Assembly: GCF_036321535.1 (NCBI RefSeq)
Contig: NC_087437.1
Location: 114,206,001-114,270,000 of the forward strand
Direction: 5' to 3'
DNA length: 64,000 nt
DNA from: Camelus dromedarius
Lineage: Eukaryota
Made by a program: the position numbers and the translations under genes. A model generated the notes under the pieces. The model had not been told where the DNA came from, did no database searches, and worked only from the letters and a program-made list of their open reading frames with translations. This document shows positions 37,943 through 51,429 of the stretch, piece after piece (positions within the stretch are counted from its first letter, which is position 1; each line of letters begins with the position of its first letter).

Positions 37943-39377
37943 AAAGAGCTGCAAGATAAGGAGAGGGTAACATTTAAGTTGGGTTTGGAGCACCATCAAA
38001 GAAGGCTTCACAGAACAGGTAACCTTTGACCTCAGTGGGAGCTGGATTTCCAGCCCAGACCTCTAGGCAGCTCTACCACAGCCCTACTGAACCTTCTGAA
38101 GGTCCCCATCCCTGCGTCTTCTTCCACATTTAGCCTTTTAAAATGTCTTCTTATCCTTGACGTTACTTTGATGAGATTTTGTTCTCTGTCCACATTAGCC
38201 ACGTGGCAGTTTAAGATCTCTCATGCTTCCCAACTTCTCTGCCACCCTCACTGCTACAAGAGACTTGCCTCTAATTCTGGGCCCCAGCCCTGCCCATTTT
38301 CACATCAGACAGAGTCCTGAAACAGGGTGTGACTTCATCACCTTTGCCATGTTCTGTGGTTTAGAAGCAAGTCAGAGGTCCCACCTGCATTCAAGAGGAG
38401 AGGATTACATCAAGGACAAACGTGAGGCCACCTGGAGGTCTGTCTGCCACAGGTGCCAAACACGGGTCCCTTAGACACCTGGAGAAAGGAGACAGGAGAG
38501 GGGACAAAGGGAAAGTTGGCGGATGTTTGGGGGTGGGCAGGGAGTGGGGAAGATGGGGACCGGCCCTGGGGGAAGCCTTTAGAAGTGCCGTGGTCTTCCT
38601 CTCTGCTGTTGCACAAACAAATGGCTTGTTGTCCTATGAGTGTAACTAAGGGGCAGTTTAGGTAGTCACCTCTGAAGACTTGTTTAGTTACTGGTAACTA
38701 ATTAAAAAGGCAGTGAATACTTTCGGGCAGGAGCGAGCGCCCAGCACAGCAGGGTGAGACGGGGCAGCACGCGGCCTTGAGTTCTCCCCCGTCACAGTTT
38801 GGAAGCCCTTGCGCCTTTGAGGGCACTAATCCACCCAGCTGTGGTGGCGGACACTGCTGGAATTTACAGGTCTTGGCCATCACACAGGCCCTCGGCCTGT
38901 GGTTAAGTAACATTACCCCCCGGCCCCGTGTTTACTTACCGGAATTCCTGGACATTACCAGCTGCTTAGACAGAACATTTTATTTCCAGTGGTTTAAACT
39001 CCACATAACATTCAGAGCTCATTGCTGGAGACTCTCCCTCAGCTTTCTCGTAATGCAAGGTGTCACCTCCCCTGAGAACCGACCATTTAAAAATTAATCA
39101 CCATGATGTTTCATTCCACAACGAAGGTCCTGTTCCATTTACTTCCTCTTCTTAAGACCTGCCCCTTGGAGATCTCAGGGGAAGACTATGGGTTTTGTTA
39201 TTTTCTCCTTCTGTAAAGTGGTCCGAAAACTGCAGAGCAGATAATCAGGAGATATTTCTAATCCCAGCCATATCCTCTTTCCAAACCTGGCGCCCTCTTT
39301 GGGGAAATCACGTTTCCCGCAGTGAGTAACTGCCCTATGTCTGACGCTCTCTGGGACACTAATTGTAAGAGTGGCTC

Positions 39378-39790
39378 TGTGACAGACTGTGCAATGGCCA
39401 CACCCTTCAATTCTCCAAATATTCACACCCTTTGCAACGTGACTTTGTGACTCTTCCACCAAGAAATTGAGTTGATGTCTCTATACCTTGAATCTGCGTT
39501 GTTGTTACAACTTATTTCAAGCAAAAGAATGAAGTGGAAATGACAGTCTGTCAATTTGGGACCCAGGCACCAAGAGGCCTTGCATATTTCCACCCCTTGG
39601 AATCCTGTGAAGACCAAGCCAGGTTAGCCTGCTGGAGGATGAGAGCCCAAGTGGGACAGAGACTTGCCACCCCATCTGATGTCATCTTAGACTAGCCAGG
39701 CCCCAGCCAGCCCAGAAGCTGACATATGGATGAACCCAGGTAAAACAAGAAAAACTGCCCTGCTGAGCCCAGCCCCAATTGCCAACCCAA
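39378..39790 (+). mobile_element. MaLR LTR (MLT1G/H-like)
   Basis: tgtgacagactg...caccctttgcaacgtgactttg...ccttgaatctg...ttagcctgctggaggatgaga...aactgccctgctgagcccagccc. Confidence 0.75.
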
Positions 39791-41357
39791 ATGGGTCAAA
39801 CAATCCCCAGTCTAGCTCATTTGCAAATACTTAGCAGGCTGGTGATGTCCCTATTCCTTCTTTCACTGTCTTATGGGACCATTTTCTTAAGCCACCAGAA
39901 CCTCACATGGAAACTGGAAGGAAAAGACCTCTGGGGGGTGAGTTGAGTTGCCATATCTTTTCCTTTCCCTAAAGCCTTGAAAAGTATATTTCTTTTATTT
40001 TACCTTGGATGGCTGCCTTCAGCTCTTCATTTCATAAGCTTCTGCTCTCCTGAAGAGCCATGACAGCATTGATTTCACCCTATGGTTGCTGGTGAAATAT
40101 TAAACTTTATTGATTTGAAACTCAGGATTAGCTGCAAGTTGGATACTCTGCATATTTTGAAGAGGCACAATTTTATTTCTTCTAGTTGAAAAGTAATTGC
40201 AGCTTCACAGTGTGGTTCCTTTTTTTTTAGGATGGAGTACTTCAAATCAGCTTTCTCATTTTGCCTCCCCCAAATTGTCAAATTTATTCTTCCAAATGAA
40301 GCATTCATATTTCTTGCTAACAAGTGTGCTGGTGTGCTGATGTGAAAACACACATTATTTCCATTAACTACACGTTGAACACTTTGTTATGATTTCTCCA
40401 CATTCCTGCACATCCCCTAAACAGCAACAAAAACCTCGTAAGTAAAGATATTCTGAGTAAGAATTCAGTAGAATTTTTTTTTTCAAATAAACAGAGCTTA
40501 TCATCAGATTGATACTAAGGGCACACCACTGTTCCCTGCGACTCTCATAAGCTTAAAAAGCTCACCTCAATGTGTAGCTACTAATGAAGTTCTTTCTTCT
40601 AAAATCCTCTCAGAAAACAGAGTGCCACATGACTGAAAAAAATCTCAGGATGACTCAAGTCTTGGGATTGGCACGTGCTGTCTAAAACTCAAGTTCATCT
40701 GAAGATGCAAAGACCTGAAGACATGGCATGCAACTGAATACTTAAATCCAGTTCCTAATTCATAGCCACGTCACTCTTAAGCATCCAGAAATATGTACTC
40801 CTCTCCAAAACAGTTAGTAACCATTTTAAAGCAAATGTATAAACAAGCTACACCTTTCCTTAATAGATAACATCTTTATATAGTAGTTGTATTCTACTCA
40901 AAAACAGTTGCCCTGGTGAGCTCCGTGCAGACAACACAAACATAGAATCTGTCCTCCCTTTCTCCATTGGCATCACTGCTTAGAAATCCCCTTCCCTTCC
41001 CCCTCTCAGACCTCCTCCCCCAAGCCCTGACCCTCCTGTCTCACCTCTAACTGACATTCATCCGAGCTGAGGGAAACTCGGGGGCCCCAAGACCCACATC
41101 TCCCATAGAACAGCACAGCCACTCCACTGCCTTCCCGTCCTCCACACCGGAGCTGTGGTGCTGACTCCTAAAGTGAAAGGTCTAGCGAGTGGGGTTGGAG
41201 GGTCCCCTCTGAAATGTAGGTGACAGGCCATACATCCTTATTCGCACTGTGCGCTCTGATCCATTCCTGCGCCCCTCAAGTGGCACTCACTGGGCGAGTC
41301 TAACATCTGCAAGGCAGGCAGAGAAACAAGCCCAGCTCTTGCTCTGAGAGAACAGTC

Positions 41358-41745
41358 CAGTTATACACACATATATATATTTTTCTTTTCAGATTCTTTT
41401 CTATGTTATTATAAGAAAAGGAATATGTTCCCTGCGTTATACAGTAGGTCCTTGTTGTTTGTCTATTTTATATATAGTAATGTGTATCTGTTAATCCAAA
41501 ACCCCTAATTTATCTCTCCCCCGCCCTTTCCCCTTTAGTAACCATAGTTTGTTTTCTATGTCTATGAGTCTGTTTTTGGTTTGTAAATAGAATTCGCATC
41601 TTTTTTTTTTGGTTTCCACATATAAGAGATATCATATGATATTTGCCTTTTTCTGACTTATTTCACTTAATATGATAATCTCTAGGTTCTTCCATGTTGC
41701 TGTAAATGGCATTATTTTATTATTTTTTGTGGCTGAGTAGTATTC

Positions 41746-41790
<45 letters not shown>

Positions 41791-42092
41791 ACAATTCCTT
41801 TATCCGTTCATCTGTCAATGGACATTTAAGTTGTTTCCATGCCTTGGCTGTTGTAAGTAGTGCTGTTGTGAACATTGGGGTGCATGTGTCTTTTTGAATT
41901 ACAGTTTTCTCCAGATATATGCCCAGGAGTGGGATTTCTGGATCACTTGGCAACTCTGTTTAGGTTTTTAAGTAATCTCCATACTGTTTTCCATAGTGGC
42001 TGCACCAATTTACATTCCCACCAACAGGGTAGGAGGGTTCCTTTTTCTCCACACCCTCTCTGGCATTTGTTATTTGTGGACTTTTTAATGAT
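41358..42092 (-). mobile_element. L1 ORF2 end and 3' UTR lacking its terminal ~80 nt; contains (TG)n at 41748-41789
   Basis: Same L1 family as 15040-15779 (tacagtaggtccttgttgttt...ggctgcaccaatttacattcccaccaacag). Confidence 0.94.
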
Positions 42093-42145
42093 GGAGTGAG
42101 TCTACTTCTTAAGGCAATGTCCAGCTGGGGCAGGAAGGTCTCCCT

Positions 42146-42233
42146 ATTACTCTGATGTATACCAGAAACTAACATAACATTGTAAAGTGACTATACTTCA
42201 ATTAAAAAAAAAAACAGAAGTAAAAAATAAAAA
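42146..42233 (+). mobile_element. L1 extreme 3' terminus with poly(A)
   Basis: tgtataccagaaactaacataacattgtaaagtgactatacttcaattaaaaaaaaaaa. Confidence 0.9.
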
Positions 42234-42624
42234 AGGACCTCTTAGCTAATGGTTGAGATGGAAGTAGAGGCCAGGCTGACTCCCAGCTGATAATTCCTGT
42301 GTGTCAAGACTAGGAAGCTGTGACTCTTTACCCTCTCTTCCCAGGAGGAAACAAAATTTGGCCTGAAAGTATCTAATATGTAGCCATATTGTTCCTAGAA
42401 ACCAAGATCAATACTTCTGAACTGTATCAAAATGCCACAAGAAAGTAAATGATTCCACAACTTCAACCACAGCGCTTCAAAGCATCCAGCTTCTGCTGAG
42501 CACCACACTGAGGGCTTAGGGAAAGATAACTGCTAGTATTTTTTTTTTCCTGTACTTTGGAAACTTAAAGCTGACAGAAAAGACAAGGCAGGAAGAGCTA
42601 CCAAAAAACAATGCAGCAGAACTT

Positions 42625-42845
42625 GTGTCATGCTTGCTGTATTTCCAACCCTGTTCTACGTGCTTTACATGTACTAACTCGTTTAATCTCATCAGAACCC
42701 TCCGAGGTAGGCTGTATCCTTAAACCCATTTTCCAGATGAAAATATGGAGGTTCACAGGAGTGATTATTTTGCCAAGTTAACACAGTTAGTAAAAGAGCT
42801 GGACTAGAGCCCAGGCAACTGGCTGGAGTCTGTACTCATACCTAT
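42625..42845 (-). mobile_element. MIR SINE
   Basis: tgctttacatgtactaactcgtttaatctcatc...cccattttccagatgaaaat..gagg...acacagttagtaa. Confidence 0.8.
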
Positions 42846-43434
42846 TTATAAAAAAGGAAGTGTCATATTTTAATATTTATTAAAAATGATATGTCATTTG
42901 TAGCAAATTTTCTAATTTAAGTGAAGCTGAGCCTCAATAATATTTTCTGCCAGCTATCAAAAAATGCTAAATACAATTTCCATTTTTAATCTTGAATGTG
43001 ATATATTTATTTTGACTAAATTTTAATAGTTAGTGATACTTATAAGAAGTATTTATCACTATTTTGGGGGGAAGGATATAAGCTAAGTTTTATTCATACT
43101 TCTAAGGAGAAAATGAATAAGAATAGAGTTCTCCTAGATTCATTCCTCAATCTTTAATACACTCTTTCTGGCTTGATGTATTCATTTGGACACTTCACGG
43201 TTTGACCCGTTGTTATATAAACAATCTTTTCCCAACCGTGGTAACATAGAGAATCCCTACCTTATGGAAGGGCAGATTTAGAAGTTAGTTCTGGGGATCA
43301 GAATGTTCCTCCTCATAGAAATAATGTCAGGATCCTGAGACAGGTGACTAAAGCCCAGCTGAGTCAGGTCACATCATGTAAACGGGGCTCGAAGAGGCAC
43401 CGCTGGTACAGTCAGCCCACGGGAAAGTGAATTA

Positions 43435-43672
43435 TCCAGTCATCTGTCAATGGACATTTAGGTTGCTTCCCTGTCTTGGCTATTGTGAATAGTGTTGCTA
43501 TGAACATTGGGTGCATGTATCTTTTTGAAATAGAATTTCCTATGGCTATCTGCCCAGGGGTGGGACTGCTAGATCACTTGGTAACTCTATGCTTAGTTTT
43601 TTAAGGAACCTCCATAGTGTTTTCCACAGTGGCTGCACCAATTTACATTCCCACCAACAGTGTAGGAAGGTT
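43435..43672 (-). mobile_element. L1 ORF2-end fragment
   Basis: catctgtcaatggacatttaggttgcttcc...ggctgcaccaatttacattcccaccaacagtgtagg. Confidence 0.92.
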
Positions 43673-43769
43673 CTAAGGGATCTTTTTTTAAACAATCACT
43701 TTTCCCACACAGGCCTGAGTTCTCCCACCTGGACAGTGAGAACAGTTCTTCCTGTGTGATTACACAACG

Positions 43770-44010
43770 AATAATATTAACAGTGACAGCAACCTCACCT
43801 CTAAAGTGTGCCAGGCGCGAGTCAGAGTGCTTCAGAATTACCAGCTCCTCCAGTCCTCGTGACAGTTCCCTCACCAGGAGTTTAAGAGTTCCCATTCTCA
43901 TTATCCCCATGCTATAGCTGGAGAAACTGAGGCACAGACTCCACTGCTGGTAAGTGGTAGAACCAGAATCTGGCTCTAGGGCCTGTCTTCTTAGTCATTA
44001 CCCTCTACTG
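43770..44010 (-). mobile_element. MIR SINE
   Basis: gtgccaggc...attatccccatgctatagctggagaaactgaggcacag...ctggtaagtggtagaaccagaat. Confidence 0.75.
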
Positions 44011-45469
44011 CCACCTCCAAGTTCATCGGGATCTACAGTGCAAACAAATACTTAATGTGCTTTCCCCTAAAGCTCAGTGGATGTTGGACTCTGTGCCATC
44101 AGGTCTCTATGATGTCACTAAATTGTCCCTCAGCTCAGTCCTTCAAGAAGCAATTCAACATTCACTCTCCCGAAACTTTCCTGAGTCTCAGTGCCAATGG
44201 GTATCACTCCCACTTTAGCACACATTTCGACCCTGGGGCTGGTGTGGCTGTTACGGTGTCTTCAGTTTGTTGCCATCATTTTATATGAATTGTCCCATGT
44301 CCCCAGGCATATGATTACCCTCTGAGGTCAGAAGCTGCATCTCCCGCTATTGGCATCTCCCTCCTGGAGCACATAGTAGGGTCAGTAAATATCGCCACAC
44401 ACCAGAGCATCACCAACATGTGGCACATCCTGGTCCCATGCCATCTATTGATTTACTGATAAGGTGTGAGAGGGGGATGGGGAGAAAGCTGGGACTCCTA
44501 AATTCACGGTGTGGGAAAGGAGTGGAAGCAGCATGGTGACCCAAGACTGGCACCAGAGGAGGACCACAGTTACTCAAGGAAGACAAGGACACACCAGGCT
44601 TATTTCGACAACAGGGTGCAAAGAACCTAGCACCAGACAGACGCCGAGTTGCCGTAGGAACTTCCTGAAGGACCTTTCAGCCAGTCTCACGAGAGTTGCC
44701 CTTGGAGGAGCAATGCATCACTCACAGTGCCATTTCCATGTTTACCTTTTTGAAATATTAATGGCCCTGGCTGGCCTTTGTTCTGCTGACACAGAACCTG
44801 TCCCTGGAGGAGACAGAAGCAGAGGAGATGGACTCAGAGGCCAGGATTGAAATTCCATCAAGCCTTTGGGTCAATGGAAATCCTTTATGCCGTGACAGTA
44901 GCTCAGGCCCACTCCTTCCCTCACTTAATTCCAGAGGCCTGGAGGAAGTTTCATCTGCGGGACAGAATTCCATCTCACTTCTATCCCTACACACTGTTGC
45001 TGTGGAGACAGAGGCTCACCAGTAGAATCAAGGGTCTACGATGTACAGGACAATGGCCACAGGCAGGCAGCTGTAGCCACAAGTGTCACGTACTGGCCCC
45101 AGTGGCTCTCAGCCCTCAAGGTTCTAATTTAATAGGAATCCGGGAATCACGTAATATCCTCAGATAATTCTGAAGACATCACAGGGGTTGTGATGCTCTG
45201 AACAGGGATGAAGGCATCCCCTTCACAGAGACCCTCTCTTCTCTCCTTTAGTTTGTCAGGATTTGTCTTACTGCGTCAGCATCACAAATACACGTGCAGC
45301 TTGAAGAGAGAGTCACAAGCGGGTTATAAAAGGCATCACTCACCCTGGGTCCTCACTGGAAGTGTCAGGGGAAACAAAGAATCAAGACCTTAGGGTAGAA
45401 GGGGAGACTAGGGGCCAGAAAATGCAAGCTCAAATGCAGTGCATCAATCCCTTATAATGCTGCCCAAAG

Positions 45470-45940
45470 AAAGTGGTCTCACTTTTGCTTGAACACTTCC
45501 TGTAACAAGTTCTCCACCTTCGGAAACTGCCCATTCATTTTTGAACAATTTGGTTACACAGTTCTTAGTGGTTCCACTTCTGTTTACTGAGGCCACAAAG
45601 ATTAGGTCAAATCTTCATGCACCACAATAGCTCACGGACTTTTAGGGACAAATGGCATGTCAGCTCTAAGATAGGCACCCCCCTTGTTAAGAATCCATGA
45701 GATAGAGATTGATAGCTATTAACATCTAGGGGATGCCCTCTGGACCTACTTTTGAACTCAGCCTTCCAGCTGTGGTCAGATAAGAACAGAGAGGGTCTAT
45801 CACACTATCACACCTTTTTATGGACACTCTACCTCCATTACTGCTCTCTAAAATTATATTAGCTGATCTAGTAGCCACGTCCTATTGAGATAAAACTCAA
45901 TTAAAACCTTGAAGTCTTTTCCACTGGAAACCTCGGTGTG
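45470..45940 (-). mobile_element. Probable L3/CR1 3' fragment
   Basis: tgcttgaacacttcctgtaacaag, gcccattcatttttgaaca and ccagctgtggtcaga resemble antisense L3. Confidence 0.5.
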
Positions 45941-46349
45941 TGTCTGGCCATAGATCCAGTCATCAGCACTCTGTGAGTAAAGCCACTTACCCATGTTGTG
46001 ACTCAGCCTGCATTTCCGCATCTCTCCATCTGCTCCGCATGGGAAGAGGCTCACTGCTTCTCCAGTCTTCCTGTGTTCACTAGGTCTGGGTAGAGCTGTC
46101 AAAATCAACTGTCCCACCCCTGTTCCCTGGAGGCACCGTCATGACATTAGAGGAGACTCTTGATCCAGGATCAGATCGTATCTGCAGAAAGACAGATAGC
46201 ACTTCATGTCCAAAGAGTAAAATGTTCCTGTCATGAAAAACTACCTCCTTTCACGTTGACACCAGAGAATAGGGCAACCAGGACTCTATCAGAGCATCCA
46301 ATGAACAAGGAAAATGTTTTCCTGTCTGAGACTCTGATGGTTTAAGAAA

Positions 46350-48390
46350 AGAGTTTAATCCATTTACATTTATGGATTCATTTGGATCTATTTTTGCTAT
46401 CATTCCTTCATGTTTTCCCTTTCTTTCTTTCTACCTTCTGCTCTGTTTTTATTTATTTTTATCTCTTTTTTTCTACTCTTTTGGAGTTATATATTTATAT
46501 TTCTATAATTTTTTATTATAGTACTGAGCATCCTCAACTATCTTTTTTCATATTCTGATGCTAACCAATAAACTCTATTCTTCTACCAGATAAGAATCTT
46601 AGAACTCTTTAATTCCACCCTAAATACGGCCTTCCTACCATCTGTGATATTGTTGTCCAGAATTCTAATTCCTTCTCTTTTCAAATGTTCCCTCAAATAT
46701 TATTAATTTTATTCTTACAGTAGTTTTGCAAAATGTTTTTACCAGTTTCATAACTTTCTTACTTCTTGGGGCCCACTGATTCCTTACAGCCTGAATTTTC
46801 TTCTTTCACTATTGCATTATTCTCTTTGTTCTTTCAAGTAGTAAGTCTCTTAATCTTTGTAGGTACAAAATATCTTCATTTTACCTTGAGTGAAACAGTT
46901 ACACTGTGAGAGTTTTCATGGGAATAAAAAGAGGGAAATAATGAGGAGGACCCTTGCCAGCAGCCCAGGCTCATAGCTGCTGGGAAAACTTCCCTCCCCC
47001 TTAAATGATCATTTAACTGAGCAGAGATGTGAACTCGATAGTTATTTTCTCTTACCGCTTAGAAAATAGTATTTAATCATCTTCTGACATCTGTTGTTGC
47101 CAATCAAAAGTCTGCTGTCAGTCTGATCACTGCTCCTTTTTAGCTACATATTTTAAAGATTTTTATACCATCTTACATATTCTGTAGTTTCATTGCAATG
47201 TTTTAGGCATGGATTCATGTCATGTACTCTCTTCAAGATTTAGGGTTCTACTGCAAATGGGCTAAATGATTTTCCATTTTGGAAAATTCTCCACCAATAT
47301 ATCTTTGACTATTATCTCTCACCCGTTCTTTCTCTAATTTCCTTCTGGAACTCCAATTAGCTATATTTAGGAGCTTCTCATTTGGTTGTTCATTGTCTCT
47401 ATTTCTGTTTCTTATTTCTACCATCTCTTTGCCCCTTTGAGCTGTATTCAGAGTGTTTTTTTTTTTCAGCTTTATTTTCAAAACTATGTCTTTCTTCATT
47501 TGCTTTAGTGATCTATTTGTTTCTTACTCAAATCCACCTGCTTTTCTTTCATCTTGCATTAACAAAATCTGTTTCTCACTTTTCACTTGGAACATCTAAC
47601 TCATGCCAATTTTCAAATTCCTTGGACATTACTCCTCTGCAGTTCTTAGTGAGTGCTCCTGTTTGTTGGATCTGTTGACCCTCAAGGGGTAAATGTCATT
47701 GTGTGTTTTGTCATTGTTTAGTTACTTGAAGGAAATGAGAACATACAAGCTTGCCTGGTGTGTGGGAAAAAGCTTGCCTTCGGCATATGTTGGCTCCTGT
47801 AGGAATTCCACCTGTGTGCCCCTGTCAAGGGTCACCCAGGGGGAGAGTTCATTTTGGCTCCTGCAGACCCTGTGGAGTCCCAGGCTGGTTTTTGCATTCA
47901 CATTCTACTAGACTTGTTTTCAGCGAGATTTTTTTTTTGTCTTGAAATCAAGCTGTGTGCATTTGGTCTCACACTTCTACTCTGCAAGCTTGCACTTTCT
48001 GACTTCCCTCAAGTAACTCTTGCTACCCAAGGTCCAGAGTACAAAGTCCACACCTGGGCTGGTGGGTGGAGCTTTTAACCCCTATTTCAATGGTGGACAA
48101 TCCTTATCACTGGGAGTTCAGTCTCACCACATGTACCCGAGGATCTTGATGCCTGATCTCCCTGCCAGTGCACAGTTACAACCCATGCTCACAGGAGACA
48201 CCCCAGCCAGAATCCCCAGGCCTCCTCTCCTCCAACTCTGCTATTCCCTTCTGGCTTCTGGAGATCTCCCTTTCCAGCTTTTGAGCTCACCTATGGATTT
48301 TCATGTTGTTGTTCTTTTCGGAATAAAAAGGGAATGTCCCCAATTATCTCAGTCAGCCACATTGAGCAGAAGTATAAAGGATCTTTGAAA
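46350..48390 (-). mobile_element. Ancient L1/HAL1-like element (5' region, ORF1, start of ORF2)
   Basis: Reverse complement of 47040-47135 gives IRLTADF..ATTDVRR..NTIF..VRENN (ORF1); tttaatccatttacattt at about 46353 is antisense NVNGLN (ORF2 start). Confidence 0.75.
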
Positions 48391-49771
48391 CTTCGGAGGA
48401 TTTAATTCGTGAGTAATACTTCCCCCATAGACTTTAATTGGATGTCTTTCTAGCCACTCACTTCTGCATCCGAGTCCTCTAAAAGTAAGCAAGTACCTTT
48501 GTAATAAGACATAAAAAACAATCACAACACATTTGCGGAGGCAAAAACCTTACCCTCAGAGAGCTGCTCTGAAAGGGAAAGCACCTTCTGAATAAACAAG
48601 TTTTGATACGCTCGGTGAAGACTACTCATGGTGTCTTCTGCGTGCTCATCAAATATAAGACGTTAATGAAACAGATGGGAGCTTTCTACCTCTGTGCTCC
48701 TGGCCCGGAAGCAAAAGGACTTGATTATATTAGAAGCGCCATTTATCTTGGAAATACAATTTTGAGAAAAGGACTCTTTCTTTGCAACTCCTCGTCTTTA
48801 CCCAGCCCTGGTCAGAAACTCTGAGCGGTCGCCTATGTATGCAAAGCTGAATGGGCCTCAAGTGAAGCCGTTCAATAAGACACAATAGAAATGTTAACTG
48901 CAGTATTGATTTTTTATTATGTTTGTATTGCCTGTTTAATTTTATTTTCCTTGCAGGAAACGTTTTAATCAAAAATCCAGTTACTGAAACGCCCCATAAG
49001 CCAAGCGACGTGAGTGAAGCCAGAGGAAACACAGGCATTCAATTCCTCCTGCTTATTTCCTCTTCCACCTTTGCCAACCCCCAGCGAGAGTTCAAAACTG
49101 AACGCGCCTCCATTTCCAACTGAGAGTAAATGCGTGTGACCTTCAGTTCCACAGAGGTTAACCTACTCTGATTAACTTTTCCATGTTATTCCATTAAATA
49201 AAAACAGTTTTGACACCCAGAGACTAAAGCATCCTAGAGATAATACAATAACCCTATGCAATCATTTCAAATTGGATTGTAATAATTCATTTAGGTGACC
49301 ATACATATTTGTTATATGTAATATGAAACATCGCAAAATGAAATCAATAGAAATGTTTCTTGTTAATGAAGATATACTGGGCTGTTATATGTGGGTTGCG
49401 GACTCAATACCACAGAAATCTTATTTGTGTTATAAATTTCAGGGTATCCTGAGAGTTACAAATGAAGATAGCATTTCTTAAAGAAGCGATGGCTGGTCAT
49501 TTAGAAAATTATATCATAAATTTTATGTCATTTCTTGGTCTTTCAAGATCTTTGCACAGCAGCATGGTCTTCTAATTCAAGTAAAAATTCTGGGTGAGCG
49601 ATTACATTCAACTCTTTGCAAATGAACGTTTACCCAAACGTCCATCCTACAATTACAGAGTTCAAAATAATTTACCTTTAGTAAGTCTAAAGATGTTTGC
49701 CCCAGAAGATTTTAATACACTTTTCAGGGTATTTCCTTCTTTTTAACATAAAAATTGAAGACACAGAGGTA

Positions 49772-49772
49772 G

Positions 49773-49817
<45 letters not shown>
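49772..49817. repeat. (GATA)n microsatellite
   Basis: About 11 perfect units. Confidence 0.97.
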
Positions 49818-51429
49818 TGTATCTACCTACACAGACATCAACCAATGTGACTGTGAAGGACTTCACTAGAATCCCATCCTTAACTTCACATACAAATACA
49901 ATGTAACATGACATTGGATAGTAGAGTATGTGGCAGTGTATTGTGTTTTTTTATTTACACCTGTGGATAAATAAAGTGATCGCTTTAATTTTGCATTAAC
50001 TAAACTCACATAGTGTTTTAAAAGGCCCATTTTAATCGTAACATCTGCATTTTGAACAACATTAGGGTGCTGGTTCAGATGAGCAATTGGCAAGTATCCG
50101 CAGTGGGTACAGAGGTACTGACACCATCGTGCTGCTGTTTACACTCCTCTTGCAAAGCTCACATGCTTTCCTCCTGGTGGGGCCTGACACCTGGAAGAAG
50201 GCCCATTAGAACGACTTCCATGTCCCTCATGAGAAAGGAGGATTACAGAATGCAAATGGAGTTGCTGGCAGTAAGTAAATGGTGGTCCTGGACAGTGTAA
50301 GTTTCAAACAGACTCAGCAAGTAACAGGAATCATGTTTCTCCATCTGCCATCTTTTTGATTAATGTTACTCTTTCCCTTTTTGGCTGCACTGGCTGGAAC
50401 CCTCAGTTTTAGATAAACATGGATCAGAACAGCAACTCCCCTAACCCGCTTTAACAGATTCAACAATTTTCATCTGAAGTCGGCTTCCACCTGCGTCCCT
50501 CGTGAGCCTGCTGGCTTTGGGTGGTGCCTGCTTCCACACCCAAGGAAGGGCCGTCTGAGCGGACAGCAGCTGGGCCTGGCTGGGCCTTTGCTGCCTGTTT
50601 TCATGGTCTTTTAAATTTTTAAGTCGGGGCCTTCAGACTACATTGCCCTCTAACTTCCCTCTGTTTCCTACCCTCGCCTCACTGATCCCCCACACTCACC
50701 GGAGACTTGGGTTCCTGTGTTTGGATCGTCAGTGTCCATGTGGAGACCTCGGTTCTGTGAGCTTCTCCAGGCTCTTCCACAAACCACACCTGAGTTTCCT
50801 CACCAGGACCAGCTTTGACTCTGAAATGGGAAACTGGGATTCTGTGTTTATACCGTCTCCTCCCTTGACTCTCACCTGTGCTTCCGTTCTGGTGTTTCCA
50901 CCTCCTGCAGGGCTTCTCCTCTGCATCTTCACTGGTGTCTGGAACCTCTCCCTTCCTCCTGACTCTGCCCTCATCCTGATAACATGTTCTAATTCTAATA
51001 CTTTATGAAAAAAGAAAGGCAATTCTCTGGGTCTGGACCCCGAGTTCCTTTCTAGCTCTATCCCTTCCCTTCCCAGTGAAATTTCTTGAAGGAATAGCTT
51101 ACATTTCTCTCTCCTACTCCCTTCCTCGCCTTCGTCAATGCCACCACAACCATCCCATGAAACCGCTCTGGCCGAAGTCCCCAGTGCCCTATTAATTTCC
51201 AAATCCAATTGAAACATATCTGTCTGTCTTTTTCTCCATCCCCTGTGGCCAGGAATTCCCATTTCTGCAACATTCTCACTGCACAAATTCCTGAATTCCC
51301 AGATCCGTGGTAGCCGCATTGTAAGCCATTAAAGATTTCTCTTCCTCCATCTGTTCTTTTTCCTTATTTTGAATGTTTTTTAAATGATGAGCTATCTCAA
51401 CCATTCATAAAAGTACAGAAAAGAGTAAG

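Noticed and set aside
50729..51319. Longest ORF in the window (196 aa, minus strand)
   Set aside because: It is antisense of pyrimidine-rich degenerate sequence, which is naturally stop-poor; no homology recognised.
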